Notes: generated by a model from the letters alone, not told the origin. DNA of 64,000 nt from Candidatus Versatilivorator sp. (GCA_965262635.1 OZ253547.1:3644234-3708233), one strand, 5' to 3'; positions 9,910-22,024 are shown, counted from the first letter of the stretch. Numbers and translations are program-made.

Positions 9910-11925
9910 CTATTTCAGCCGAGCCCCGTTGGGGACCTCCTCCAGAAAGGTTGCCAACACGGGTCTATCTTCCTCTCCGACCGACGCCGCCAGCAGCATT
10001 CCATTGGATTCCAGTCCCCGCAGCTTGCGCGGCTGGAGATTGGCCACCACCACGATCTTCTTTCCGACCAGACTCTCAGCGGGATAGGCCTGGGCAATTC
10101 CAGCCAGAATCTGACGGGTTTCACTACCCAGATCCACGGTCAGCCGCAAGAGGCGGTCGGCGCCCTTGACCTTGTCGGCCTCAACCACCTGGCCAACCCG
10201 AAGATCGACCTTGGCAAAGTCTTCAATGGTGATGGTGCTTCTACCAGTGGGTGCCGGGGACGAAGTCTCCGCGGGAGCCGGCGCCTTCCCCGGCTGGTCT
10301 CGGAGTGCCGGGGGACTTCCCTTTTTCCCCCTGTCAGCCGGCTTCTTTTGCCCCCTGCTACCGGAGTCAAAGAGCGTCTCCAAGAGAGCCTTCCTGTCCA
10401 GACGCGGGAAAACGGCCGTTATTTCGTCCAACCTGTTTCCCGCCAATTCCAGGCTCCATTGCAACCGGTCCAGGCGTTGACGGTTCAATGCTTCCTGCTG
10501 CCCCAACTGTTTCCAAATGTTCGCGCAACTGGCCGGTAGCACCGGAGTCAACAGGATGGTGACGATCCGGACCACTTCCGCGCAAGTGTGCAGGATTGTA
10601 GCCAGGCGGGGCCGCTGAGCCTCGTCCCCGGCCATGGTCCAGGGAGCACAGACATTGATGTATTTGTTGGTCCGGGAGAGCAGTTCCCAAATCGCCTCCA
10701 ACGCCCGGCTGAAGGCCAACCGGTCCATATGGCCTCGATAGGCCTCAATGGTCGCCAGGACATGTTCCTGCAGTTCGGTCTCCAGGGAGGAAGAAGATTG
10801 GGTGGAGGGGGCCGGAATGGTATTTCCGAAATTCCTGGAGATCAACGCCAGTGTCCGGGAAACCAGGTTGCCCCAATCGTTGGCAAGGTCGCTGTTGGTC
10901 CTTTGAATCATGGCCTGGTAGGAAAAGTTTCCATCGGCGCCAAAGGGGATCTCCCTCAACAGAAAATACCGCACCGCATCCGAACCGAAGTGATTGAGCA
11001 ACAGATGGGGATTGATCACGTTGCCGCGAGATTTGGACATCTTGGCTTCGTCCTTGAGCCACCAGCCGTGGGCATGGACCCGTTCAGGAAGCGGGAGGCC
11101 GGCTGCCAACAGAAAGGCCGGCCAATAGACGGTGTGAAAGCGAATGATGTCCTTTCCCACCAATTGAACCTGGGCCGGCCAGTACTTGCGGAACTGGTCC
11201 TGCTCCTGCTTGTTCCCGAATCCGATTCCCGAGAGGTAGCCCACCAGGGCGTCGAACCAGACATAGATGACGTGGTTTTCGGCCACGGGAACGGGAATGC
11301 CCCACTTGACAGAGGTGCGGCTGATGGAAAGGTCCTTGAGACCATCACTCACGAAGCGAATCACTTCGTTGCGACGAGAGGGTGGGTTGATGAACTCGGG
11401 ATGTTTTTGGTAGAGGTCCAGAAGATGCTTCTGAAAGGCAGACAGCTTGAAGAAGTAGCTCTCCTCGGTAACGCGCTCGGTGGGGCGTTGACAGACTTCA
11501 CAGTCGGGCGCCGCTTCAGCTTCCGGGGCAAACAGGTTGCAGGGAATGCAATACCAGCCGGAATACTCGCCCTTGTAAACGAAACCGTTGTCGAAGGCAC
11601 GCTGGAACACCTCGGTGGCCGCAGCGTAGTGACTCTTGCTGGTGGTGCGAATGAAACGGTCATACTCCACGCCGAACCGCGACCATAACTTGCGATAGGC
11701 CCCCGCATTCCGATCCGCCAGCACCTCCGGGGCGACACCATGGCTAGCGGCGGCCCGCTCGATGTTCTGGCCGTGCTCGTCGGTGCCGGTGAGAAAGCAC
11801 ACATCGTAGCCTTGCATTCTCTTGTAGCGGCTCAGGCAATCGGCCACCAGGGTGGTGTAGGTGTGTCCCAGGTGCGGCCGGGCATTCACGTAGTAGAGAG
11901 GGGTGGTGATGTAGAAGGTGTCCAT
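9910..11925 (-). CDS. metG: methionine--tRNA ligase with C-terminal EMAP-like tRNA-binding domain
   Basis: HLGH (YYVNARPHLGHTYT) and KMSKS (KMSKSRGN) class-I motifs; C-terminal tRNA-binding domain; 671 aa. Confidence 0.9.
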   Translation of the reverse strand: MDTFYITTPLYYVNARPHLGHTYTTLVADCLSRYKRMQGYDVCFLTGTDEHGQNIERAAASHGVAPEVLADRNAGAYRKLWSRFGVEYDRFIRTTSKSHYAAATEVFQRAFDNGFVYKGEYSGWYCIPCNLFAPEAEAAPDCEVCQRPTERVTEESYFFKLSAFQKHLLDLYQKHPEFINPPSRRNEVIRFVSDGLKDLSISRTSVKWGIPVPVAENHVIYVWFDALVGYLSGIGFGNKQEQDQFRKYWPAQVQLVGKDIIRFHTVYWPAFLLAAGLPLPERVHAHGWWLKDEAKMSKSRGNVINPHLLLNHFGSDAVRYFLLREIPFGADGNFSYQAMIQRTNSDLANDWGNLVSRTLALISRNFGNTIPAPSTQSSSSLETELQEHVLATIEAYRGHMDRLAFSRALEAIWELLSRTNKYINVCAPWTMAGDEAQRPRLATILHTCAEVVRIVTILLTPVLPASCANIWKQLGQQEALNRQRLDRLQWSLELAGNRLDEITAVFPRLDRKALLETLFDSGSRGQKKPADRGKKGSPPALRDQPGKAPAPAETSSPAPTGRSTITIEDFAKVDLRVGQVVEADKVKGADRLLRLTVDLGSETRQILAGIAQAYPAESLVGKKIVVVANLQPRKLRGLESNGMLLAASVGEEDRPVLATFLEEVPNGARLK

Positions 11926-11961
11926 CGAATCTGCTCAGGTCGTGGCCTGCTGACGCCGTTC

Positions 11962-13185
11962 CTATCCCAACTGTTTGCCGTGTCGGCTCATGAATTCCTG
12001 AATCACCTGCAGATGCACCTGCTTGTAGGGCACCCGGTGCCGATGGGCCAGGGCCTTGCATTCCTCATACTCCGGAGAAAAACTCACGATTCGGCCATCC
12101 AGCCGCGCCACTTTCACGGACACTTTGCCCAGCGAACTTTCTACCGGCTCAACGGTTCTGTCCAACACTTTTCTATGGCATTGGTGATAACGCAGGCCCA
12201 GTGTGGTGGTCTCCTCAAAAAGCACCTTGCAGACCCCATCCAGGAGCTCCAACGGAAGCACAACGGTGAGGAGAACTCCCGGACGACTCTTTTTCATTTG
12301 GACCGGACAGGAAAACACGTCATGCACTCCCAGTTCAAACAGCTTCCCCTGCACATATCCAACAATCTGGGGGTTCATGTCATCGATGTTGGCCTCCAGA
12401 ACCAACACCCTGGAATCCGAGGAAGCTGCATCGGAATCGACCGGTTGGCCCCTCAACACCCGGAGCACATTGGGACCTTCCCGCAGATCACGGCTGCCGG
12501 CGCCATACCCGATTCCCTCCACTCGAAAGCCTGGCAACGCTCCAAAACTCCGACTGATGGTGGTCAGGATAGCCGCTCCCGTCGGTGTAACCAGCTCCCC
12601 CTCAATCTTGTTGGAGTATATGGGCAGTCCTTTGAGCAGCTCCGCCGTGGCCGGGGCGGGAACGGGCATGGTCCCGTGGGCGCAGTCTACCGTTCCCCAG
12701 CCCACATTGAGAGGCGAGGACAGACATTGGGGCACGCCCATCCAGTGCAATCCGACAAAGGCTCCGACAATATCGACGATGGCATCAACGGCGCCCACTT
12801 CGTGAAAGTGAACTTTTTCCACCGTGGTGCCATGAACCTTGGCCTCTGCTTCGGCGAGTCGGAGGAATGATTGGCAGGCGTTGTCTTGAACCCAGGGAGC
12901 AAGCGTGCTGCTGCGGATGATCTTCTCGATGGTCGAATAGTGTCGGTGGTGATGCTCTTCGCCGGTTTCCACATCGAATTTGGTCGCCAGCACCCCTGAC
13001 TTGTTGACCCGGGAAGATCTGAGACGGAAGTTCCTGACACTCAGCTTTTCCAGTTCGCCGGCGAGATATTCCAGCGGGAGTCCCAGGTCCAGCAACGCTC
13101 CCAGAATCATGTCTCCGCTGATTCCCGAGAAGCAGTCAAAATAAAGGGTGTCCCTGCGTTGAGTTCCCACCTGTTTCGCCTCCAC
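11962..13185 (-). CDS. larC: LarC-family nickel insertion protein (DUF111)
   Basis: N-terminal LYFDCFSGISGDM block characteristic of LarC/DUF111; ~400 aa. Confidence 0.7.
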   Translation of the reverse strand: MEAKQVGTQRRDTLYFDCFSGISGDMILGALLDLGLPLEYLAGELEKLSVRNFRLRSSRVNKSGVLATKFDVETGEEHHHRHYSTIEKIIRSSTLAPWVQDNACQSFLRLAEAEAKVHGTTVEKVHFHEVGAVDAIVDIVGAFVGLHWMGVPQCLSSPLNVGWGTVDCAHGTMPVPAPATAELLKGLPIYSNKIEGELVTPTGAAILTTISRSFGALPGFRVEGIGYGAGSRDLREGPNVLRVLRGQPVDSDAASSDSRVLVLEANIDDMNPQIVGYVQGKLFELGVHDVFSCPVQMKKSRPGVLLTVVLPLELLDGVCKVLFEETTTLGLRYHQCHRKVLDRTVEPVESSLGKVSVKVARLDGRIVSFSPEYEECKALAHRHRVPYKQVHLQVIQEFMSRHGKQLG

Positions 13186-13443
13186 GGAACTGTGTGAGCG
13201 CCCTTATCCGACCAGTCAACCTGTCGCACACACCATGACGCTGCCACACTCCGGGATGAAGGACTGGATTGGGGAGAGCAACCAGCGAGGCTGGGGACAA
13301 ATCACTGGCCTAAGATGAAGGAAACGGGCACCTTCCGGCTCATGCACAAGCCGATACTAGGCTCGGATTCGGCCTTTTGTCAAGGTGAACCCTAGCCCGA
13401 ATTTCTCACCGGGTCGCTGGATTCATTAATGAAAAGGAGTTAA

Positions 13444-13694
13444 CCCGCATTTCTCACCAGGACGCTGAGCATAAGGCAGAAAAGTGCTTGTCTTTAACAT
13501 CTTGCGGCGCTTTGTTTGGAGTCTTCAGGGTACGGACTGTGCTGGGCGCGCCCTGACTTGTCTTTTCCCCTTCAGCGCACACATGCTCCCTCGAATGGTG
13601 TTCCGGCTACGCCCTTCGGTCACGAGCACGCGCTGAGGGAAAAATGCCTGCGCCATTGTCACGCCCCCCGGCGAGAAATGCGGGCTGGCGGCTG
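13444..13694. repeat. MITE-like element copy (~250 bp) with 17-bp terminal inverted repeats
   Basis: CCCGCATTTCTCACCAGG ... CCGGCGAGAAATGCGGG; internal sequence is the reverse complement of copy 16858-17098; an additional solo terminus lies at 13396-13420. Confidence 0.75.
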
Positions 13695-13776
13695 GGGGGC
13701 ACCAGTGAAGCCTCAGACCCGGATTGCACGGGAAGGGTCCGTTTGGTATGGAAGCCCTTTCAGAGGGGTCCCACTC

Positions 13777-14964
13777 CTACTGCATGAATTGTACAAAGAC
13801 TTCGTTGGAAAACAGCCGCCCCCTGCGAGTCAGCTTCAAACGGTCTCCTTCGATTTCAATCAGCCGATCCTGAATCAGATGACCCAATTCCCTGCTGAAG
13901 CGCTCCAGCAGGTCAAACCCGAATATTCGGCGACACCGCGACAGGTCCAGGCCGGCATTCAGCCGCAACCCCAGAAACATCACCTCTTCGAGATGCTGCC
14001 TGGGAGTGACCTCGGACCGAAAGGCCGTCGCGGGCTCCCCCCTCTCCAGCAGATCGACATAGCGGTAGGGATCTCTCTCATTGCCCCACCGCATCCCCGC
14101 CCAGTAGGAATGGGCGCCGCACCCGAAGCCAATGAAAGGTTGATCTGTCCAATGCTTCAAGTTGTGGCGCGACTGGCGGTCCGGCTTGCAGAAGTTGGAG
14201 ATCTCATACTGCTCCCAGCCGGCGTTTCCCAACCAAACCACCGATTCCTCGTACCAATCGGCAACCAGGTCCTCATCAGGCAAGGAGTGATCGGGCAAGC
14301 GCTCTCCTTTCCCCAGATGAGCATCTTCGTGGATCTCCAAAAGATACAGGGAGAGGTGCTCCGGTGAGAGGGCGGCCACCTGCTGCAGGTTTTCCTGCCA
14401 ATCGTCTTCCGTCTGGTCCGGCAGGCCGGCAATCAGGTCCAAATTCAAGTTGTCGATCCCTTGCCGGCGGCAAAGCTCGATGGTTGAAACCGAGTCCAGC
14501 GCGCTGTGAGTGCGGCCGACCCTTTTCAGCAGGCGATTCTGGAACGTCTGGACCCCAAGGCTGATTCGATTGACACCTGCGTCCCGGTACCAGTCCAGTT
14601 TGTCAGCCGTCAAGGTGCCGGGATTCACTTCCAGGGTGAACTCCGGGACAGGAACGAGGGCGAAAGCAGTCCGAATCCAATCCAAGACTTGCCCTATCTC
14701 CTGCTCATTTACCAGAGAAGGGGTGCCACCCCCCAAAAATATGGTGTCGATCTCCCAATCGGAGACGGAATTTCCATCTGCACTCCATCTCTGCAGAAAC
14801 GCGGGCAGCGTTTCCATCTCCCGACGCAGCGCTCCGAAATAAGGCTTGATCAAACTCCCGGGAAACACCCCCGAAGCGCGATGGCAGTAGCTGCACTTTG
14901 ACAGACAAAAGGGAATATGAATGTACAGTCCTAGCCTGCATTTCTCACCGGGGGGCGTGATCAT
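13777..14964 (-). CDS. hemW: radical SAM HemW/HemN-like protein (heme chaperone / coproporphyrinogen III oxidase family)
   Basis: LYIHIPFCLSKCSYC radical-SAM motif followed by HemN-like C-terminal domain; the annotated N-terminus MITPPGEKCRLG is read from the terminus of a MITE-like repeat, so the true start is uncertain. Confidence 0.7.
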   Translation of the reverse strand: MITPPGEKCRLGLYIHIPFCLSKCSYCHRASGVFPGSLIKPYFGALRREMETLPAFLQRWSADGNSVSDWEIDTIFLGGGTPSLVNEQEIGQVLDWIRTAFALVPVPEFTLEVNPGTLTADKLDWYRDAGVNRISLGVQTFQNRLLKRVGRTHSALDSVSTIELCRRQGIDNLNLDLIAGLPDQTEDDWQENLQQVAALSPEHLSLYLLEIHEDAHLGKGERLPDHSLPDEDLVADWYEESVVWLGNAGWEQYEISNFCKPDRQSRHNLKHWTDQPFIGFGCGAHSYWAGMRWGNERDPYRYVDLLERGEPATAFRSEVTPRQHLEEVMFLGLRLNAGLDLSRCRRIFGFDLLERFSRELGHLIQDRLIEIEGDRLKLTRRGRLFSNEVFVQFMQ

Positions 14965-15175
14965 GGCGCAGTAAATTTTCCCTCAGCGCGTGCTCGCGAC
15001 CGAAGAGCGTAGCGGTCACTACATTCAAGGGAGCCTGTGCGCGCTGAGGGAAAAAGGACAAGCCAGGGCGCGCCCAGCACCGTGTGTAAGAGCAAGCCGT
15101 CACTACAGGACCAGTAACCTGGTGAGGATAAACTCTTTTTCATCATGTACGCAGCGACCCGGTGAGAAATGCGGG
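14935..15175. repeat. MITE-like element copy (~240 bp)
   Basis: CCTGCATTTCTCACCGGGGGGCGTGATCATGG ... CCGGTGAGAAATGCGGG; shares the internal GC-rich palindromic core with the 16858 copy. Confidence 0.75.
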
Positions 15176-15201
15176 CTCGGTCAAGCGACATCAGCCGACT
15201 C

Positions 15202-16827
15202 TTACAAATGGAGCAATTGGTGGTCCGGGTTGGAAAGGTCGATGGCGCCGTAAAGCTGTTCCAGAAATTCGGGCCCGTAGCGCGACAGAAAGTAGAAAAT
15301 GTTGATCTGACGCTCTTGGAGTCCCCTTGAGGGATAGAGCATCCTCAACAGGCTATCGACCTGCCGAGTCAGGATTTTCTGTTGGCGAGACTCCGCTCCC
15401 ACAAACTTGGCTCGAAGATTCTCCAGTTGATATTGGATTTTTTTGCGGGTGGTCCCCAATGCTCCAACCAGGGTGGGATCTACGGATTTCAAGGGTTCCT
15501 CCATGTCACCGAGGCGATTGGCGAATTCTCTTTCGAGCCGGTTGAACCTGGCACTGACCTCCTGGTTGACAGTACTCTCGACGATCTGTTTCAGCAGTGG
15601 CTGGCTCCCTTGAAACAGATCACCGAATTCAATCCGGTATTTGGCCATCAATTTTTGGATCTTTTTTTCAATCACCGTAATGCTGGCACGCGGAACGATC
15701 CGGGGCATGGCTCTCCCCAGGGCACTATAAAGCGGGGAGATCTGGGCATAGTAGGCGACCTCGGATGGACCGGCAATGTAGGCCAGCGTCGGAAGCAGGA
15801 AATCCTGCACAACGGGTCTGAAGAGCACGTTGGGACTCCATTGCTCCGGTGACTGCTCGATGACCGCCTGCAGATCGGGTAACACCGCGGTGTTCCCTTT
15901 CAGGGAAAAACCGTTGCTGGTCCCCACCACCCCCCTGCGTTTCCCCTCTTGCTCCCAAAAGAGAAAGCTTGTCTCTGCTTCCCCGCTGACTTGAGGGGGG
16001 TATCCGGCACGGGCCAACTGATGGTTGCGGCCTGTCAGGAGACGATCCAGTTGGAGCCAGTCCTCGGCGGCCTGTAGAAATAGCGGCTTGGCCACGTTCT
16101 TGAGAGTCGGATCCCGCGGATCCAGCAGGATGAGCCCGTACTCGGAAAAGAGGAAGGAAACGACTTCGGCGAACGCCTGCCCAAAGGTGTTCCCCTCCCG
16201 ATATACCTGCTTCAATCGGGCGGCCAGCACGGGCTTGAATTCAGAGTCCGGCAATGCCTGCAGGAACTGGCAAAGGTGGTCTTGGATCGAAGAGTCAAAG
16301 GGAATGGGACCGACCGGCAGTCGATTCTCCTCTGATTTTTGAGCGAATTGGACCGATCTCAGAGTCGAGTCAGCCGCCAAGATCCACGTTCGACAGACTT
16401 CCTCAAGGTCGTGGTCCTCGGTGGCCATCCAGAATACGGGAACGGCCTCCACGCCGCGGCGGCAATAGGACTCGGCCAGTTTGATCGCCGTCAGGGCCTT
16501 GTAAATCGTATAGGCCGGACCGGTATACAAACCAACCTGCTGGCCGGTTACCACCGCCCCGCATTGGTCGCCGGCCATGCGGTCCAGGTTCTCCATGGTC
16601 TTGGCGGAAGCGCCCCAAAGGCGATTCTGGCGCTTGAGGGTCTTCACCAGGGCCGCTCGATGGGCCAGACGCGGCGGAGACGGATTCGCTTCCGGCAATC
16701 GGGCAGCCTCAAGGGAGGACGCCCTTGGGAAGAAGGGCTGAACCTTCTCAGTATGGTAGAGATAATCCAACAGGAGGGCTGGCGTTTTCGGAATTTTCTC
16801 GAAACTCAAACCCACCGACGTAGCCAT
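15202..16827 (-). CDS. bshC: bacillithiol biosynthesis cysteine-adding enzyme BshC
   Basis: 541 aa; blocks VVTGQQVGLYTGPAYTIYK and FWMATEDHDLEEV, and C-terminal NIFYFLSRYGPEF, match B. subtilis BshC (YllA) blocks GQQAGLLTGPLYTIHK, FWVAGEDHDLDEI, NIMYYLNRYGPKF. Confidence 0.75.
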   Translation of the reverse strand: MATSVGLSFEKIPKTPALLLDYLYHTEKVQPFFPRASSLEAARLPEANPSPPRLAHRAALVKTLKRQNRLWGASAKTMENLDRMAGDQCGAVVTGQQVGLYTGPAYTIYKALTAIKLAESYCRRGVEAVPVFWMATEDHDLEEVCRTWILAADSTLRSVQFAQKSEENRLPVGPIPFDSSIQDHLCQFLQALPDSEFKPVLAARLKQVYREGNTFGQAFAEVVSFLFSEYGLILLDPRDPTLKNVAKPLFLQAAEDWLQLDRLLTGRNHQLARAGYPPQVSGEAETSFLFWEQEGKRRGVVGTSNGFSLKGNTAVLPDLQAVIEQSPEQWSPNVLFRPVVQDFLLPTLAYIAGPSEVAYYAQISPLYSALGRAMPRIVPRASITVIEKKIQKLMAKYRIEFGDLFQGSQPLLKQIVESTVNQEVSARFNRLEREFANRLGDMEEPLKSVDPTLVGALGTTRKKIQYQLENLRAKFVGAESRQQKILTRQVDSLLRMLYPSRGLQERQINIFYFLSRYGPEFLEQLYGAIDLSNPDHQLLHL

Positions 16828-16857
16828 GGTGTCTCCCCGTCAGTTGCGACTTGCCAG

Positions 16858-17220
16858 CCCGCATTTCTCACCGGGGGGCGCGATCATGGCGCAGGAATTT
16901 TTCCCTCAGCGCGTGCTCGCGAGCGAAGGGCGTAGCGGGGACACCATTCGAGCCAGCCTGTGCGCGCTGAGGGGAAAAGGACAAGCCAGGGCGCGCCCAG
17001 CGCAGTCTGTTCCCCGAAGACTCCAAACTAAGCGCCCCAAGATGTTAAAGATAAGCACTCTTCGACATTTTGCTCAGCGTCCTGGTGAGAAATGCGGGTT
17101 AGACAAGCCAGGGCGCGCCCAGCACCGTGTATAGCCGCAGGCCCTCAAAATAGGGCCAATAGCGTACTGACGATAAACAGTCTTTCATGATATATCCAGC
17201 GACCCGGTGAGAAATGCGGG
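16858..17220. repeat. tandem/nested MITE-like copies (full copy 16858-17098 plus partial 17099-17220)
   Basis: Three TIR occurrences (16858, 17081-17098, 17204-17220); second unit has only the right half. Confidence 0.7.
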
Positions 17221-18900
<1,680 letters not shown>

Positions 18901-18903
18901 CTA

Positions 18904-19704
18904 CTAAGCCCGACTCTTTCTCGCCGTCTGCTCCACCCTGACTCCCGGGAGCTCACCTTGAGCAGCAAGCTCATTGATTCGAACCAGGTCTTCAGGCGTG
19001 TCCACCGCTACCCCCTGGTATTCGTGCTGCACCACCCGCACCCGATAACCGTTGTCCAAAAAACGCAGTTGTTCGAGGTCCTCCACCGCTTCCAACCAAC
19101 AATCCGGCAGATCGGGCAGGATTTTCAGAAATGCCCTGCGGTAGGCATAGATTCCCAAATGCTTGAATACGGCTGGCCGCTCCCCTTTTCCAGGCCGTTC
19201 CCTCCTGGTGTAGGGTATGGAAGAGCGAGAAAAGTAGAGGGCATTCCCTTTGCGATCGGTGACCACCTTGACCACGTTGGGATCGGAAATCTCCTGAGCG
19301 CTGGCGACAGATTTTAGCGTCGAGATCATCAGACTCGGATCGGACCGGAACGGTTCGATAACGGCTTCGATGCATTTCGGATCCATCATTGGCTCGTCAC
19401 CTTGAAGGTTGACGACCAGGTCGACCTCCAGATTCCTCCCCACCTCCGCCACCCTCTCGGTTCCCGATCGGTGTGCCCCGGAGGTCAGGCAGACCTTGCC
19501 TCCAAAGGCCTCAACCGCCCCCACGATTCGCTTGTCATCCGTGGCTACGATGACTTCGGCGATACCCTGTGCGGCCGATGCTCGCTCGTAGACATGCTGA
19601 ATCATGGGTTTTCGGGCTATTTTTGCGAGGGGTTTTCCAGGGAAACGTGTCGACTGAAAACGGGCGGGGATGACAACAACAGCGTTCAGATCATTCTTGG
19701 TCAA
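18904..19704 (-). CDS. kdsB: 3-deoxy-manno-octulosonate cytidylyltransferase
   Basis: VVIPARFQSTRFPGKPLAKI N-terminal motif; 266 aa; immediately upstream of pyrG. Confidence 0.85.
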   Translation of the reverse strand: MTKNDLNAVVVIPARFQSTRFPGKPLAKIARKPMIQHVYERASAAQGIAEVIVATDDKRIVGAVEAFGGKVCLTSGAHRSGTERVAEVGRNLEVDLVVNLQGDEPMMDPKCIEAVIEPFRSDPSLMISTLKSVASAQEISDPNVVKVVTDRKGNALYFSRSSIPYTRRERPGKGERPAVFKHLGIYAYRRAFLKILPDLPDCWLEAVEDLEQLRFLDNGYRVRVVQHEYQGVAVDTPEDLVRINELAAQGELPGVRVEQTARKSRA

Positions 19705-20059
19705 AACCTGATCAGAGTCTAACGATGAGAGGCCCCTGGATGAAACCGGGCCTTTGGAAGGGTCACCTGTATCTTTGTTGAAAATCGGGTGGAGATCAAG
19801 TCCTAAATTAGTTGGTCCCGCACCTTAGGGCGGATCGCCAGTCCCGCAACTCCTGCGGGCCCCTGCAGCCGAACCCGTTTCGAGGCAGAGACACCTCTGG
19901 CAAAATGGCCTCAGCCGTTGCCGGTAATCCTCTCGCGGATACCCGCCTGTCAGGGCTCTTCTGTCCTTTACTTTTCCCCAGGCTTGGGTCAAAATGTGGC
20001 CGGGTTTCACGCTGAGAGATAATACACTCGGAAGCTTTCATGAGCTGGAGCGGTGCTCT

Positions 20060-21046
20060 ATGAAAGGACGACCTTTTTTCACGGCTACCCCGGCTACCCA
20101 CTGCCGCACCACTGCCGCAATGCTAGGCCTTGGATTGCTTCTCGGCAGTACTCCCTTGTCCTTGGGTCAAGGTAGCCTGTCGGGAGACTCCTCCTCGGAG
20201 AACGGATTTTCCTCGCTGAAAATCGACGTGGATCTGGTTCTGGTCAGCGCCACCGTTACCGATCACAGCCGCCGCTTTGTCACCGGCTTGGATAAACAAC
20301 ACTTCCGCATCTTTGAGGACAAGATCGAGCAGGAGATACGGCATTTCAGCAACGAGGATGTCCCGACCTCCATCGGACTGCTTTTCGATGTCAGCAGCAG
20401 CATGGGGGACAAGATTGCCCGTGCCAGAGACGCGGCCGTAGCCTTCCTGAAAACGAGCAACCCGGCCGATGAATACCTGTTGATTGCTTTCGCCGACCGA
20501 CCTTCAGTCGAGGAGGACTTCACCTCCGACATCAGCGAGATTCAAAACCGCCTGGTTCACAAGAGAGCCAAGGGATCGACGACGCTTTACGACGCCATAT
20601 ACCTGGCACTGGAAAAGATGAAGCAGGCCAACCACTCCAAGAAAGCCATCCTGCTCATCACCGACGGCGAGGACACTCGCAGTCGCTATTCCTTGATCAA
20701 TGTGCGAAATGCCGTCAAGGAAGCCGACGTGCAAATTTTTGCCATCGGCATTGTCAATTCCTACTATTCCGACTTGGCCCGCGGCCGCTCCGGGCGGGGA
20801 ATTCTGGAACAGATCACCGAGATTACCGGGGGCCGGGCCTATTTCCCCAATTCGGTGTACGAGCTTGAGGACATCTGCACCAAGATCGCCATCGAGCTCA
20901 AGAACCAATATGTCCTGGGCTACTCCTCCACCAATCGAGCCAAGGATGGCCGCTGGCGCAAAATCAAAGTAAAAATGGATACCCCCAAAGGGCTCCATTC
21001 TCTATCGGTCCGGACCAAGAGCGGCTACTACGGCCCCCAGGGATGA
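20060..21046 (+). CDS. vWA domain protein, Acidobacterial VWFA-related family (paralog 1)
   Basis: Signal peptide, vWA MIDAS-like DxSxS (DVSSSM), conserved C-terminal ...KSGYYGPQG tail shared with the two paralogs; start set at MKGRPFF (ORF-track start 19994). Confidence 0.7.
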   Translation: MKGRPFFTATPATHCRTTAAMLGLGLLLGSTPLSLGQGSLSGDSSSENGFSSLKIDVDLVLVSATVTDHSRRFVTGLDKQHFRIFEDKIEQEIRHFSNEDVPTSIGLLFDVSSSMGDKIARARDAAVAFLKTSNPADEYLLIAFADRPSVEEDFTSDISEIQNRLVHKRAKGSTTLYDAIYLALEKMKQANHSKKAILLITDGEDTRSRYSLINVRNAVKEADVQIFAIGIVNSYYSDLARGRSGRGILEQITEITGGRAYFPNSVYELEDICTKIAIELKNQYVLGYSSTNRAKDGRWRKIKVKMDTPKGLHSLSVRTKSGYYGPQG

Positions 21047-21050
21047 TCCG

Positions 21051-21992
21051 ATGAATACGGCGGCGGGAAGAATCCTTCTGGCAGCGCTGCTGCTGCTCCT
21101 GAGCACCCAGGTCATGGCTCAGCGGCAGGACCGGACGGTCAAGGGCGACTATACGCTCAAGGTGGACGTGGACCTGAGACTGCTCCACGTCACGGTCTTC
21201 GACTGGAAGGAGCAGTTGGTGAAGGGGTTGAAGCAGCAGCATTTTGAAGTCTATGAAGACAAGATTCAGCAGGAGATCTCGCTCTTCAAGGTTGAGGACA
21301 TCCCCGTGTCGCTGGGCTTGGTGATCGACAACAGCGGGAGCATGAGGACCAAGCGCAACCGGGTCAATCAGGCCGCCATCACCTTTGCCAAAACCAGCAA
21401 TCCGGAAGACGAAATTTTTCTGATCAATTTCAATGACCAGGTTTACCTCGACCAGGATCTCACCCGTAGCCTCGACGATCTCACCGATGCCCTGGATCAC
21501 ATCGATGCCCAGGGCGGCACGGCCCTCTATGACGCTATTTACCTTTCTCTGGAGCACATTAGGGAGGGACAAGAAGAAAAGAAGGCCATATTGGTGATTA
21601 CTGACGGGCAGGATCGCGACAGCCGTTACCGGTTCGACTCGGTGCTGGAATTGGCCCGGGAGTCCTACGCCAGCATTTACCTCATTGGACTATTCGACAA
21701 AAAATCGGAGCGAAGCCGGAAGCAGCGAAAAGCCGCCAGGCTCTTGAAAGAGCTCTCCGAGGAAACGGGGGGGAAGTACTTCTTTCCTGAATCCGTGGAC
21801 GAAGTGCATGCGATCTGCACCGAGGTGGCTCACGAAATCCGCAATCAGTACACTTTGGGCTACAAGCCCACCAACTTGAGCCGGGACGGAACCTGGAGAG
21901 ACGTCACCGTCAGAGTGATGGGATCTCCCAAGGGCAAGCGGAAGTGGATCGCCAGAACCAAACGCGGCTACTATGCCCCCACTGAAAGTTAG
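21051..21992 (+). CDS. vWA domain protein, same family (paralog 2)
   Basis: Signal peptide MNTAAGRILLAALLLLLSTQVMAQ; DNSGSM MIDAS; C-terminal KRGYYAP; 4-nt gap after paralog 1 (translationally coupled). Confidence 0.7.
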   Translation: MNTAAGRILLAALLLLLSTQVMAQRQDRTVKGDYTLKVDVDLRLLHVTVFDWKEQLVKGLKQQHFEVYEDKIQQEISLFKVEDIPVSLGLVIDNSGSMRTKRNRVNQAAITFAKTSNPEDEIFLINFNDQVYLDQDLTRSLDDLTDALDHIDAQGGTALYDAIYLSLEHIREGQEEKKAILVITDGQDRDSRYRFDSVLELARESYASIYLIGLFDKKSERSRKQRKAARLLKELSEETGGKYFFPESVDEVHAICTEVAHEIRNQYTLGYKPTNLSRDGTWRDVTVRVMGSPKGKRKWIARTKRGYYAPTES

Positions 21993-22024
21993 ACTTCCTG
22001 GTTTAGATTGTGTGAGATGATTCG

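Noticed and set aside
13396-17220. Possible CRISPR array because of recurring 17-mers
   Set aside because: Repeats are terminal inverted repeats of 130-250 bp elements, irregularly spaced and in both orientations, with shared internal sequence; there is no repeat-spacer periodicity and no cas genes
19705-20059. Divergent promoter region between kdsB and vWA paralog 1 (GATAAT near 20021)
   Set aside because: Only a weak -10 match with no convincing -35; not reported as a feature
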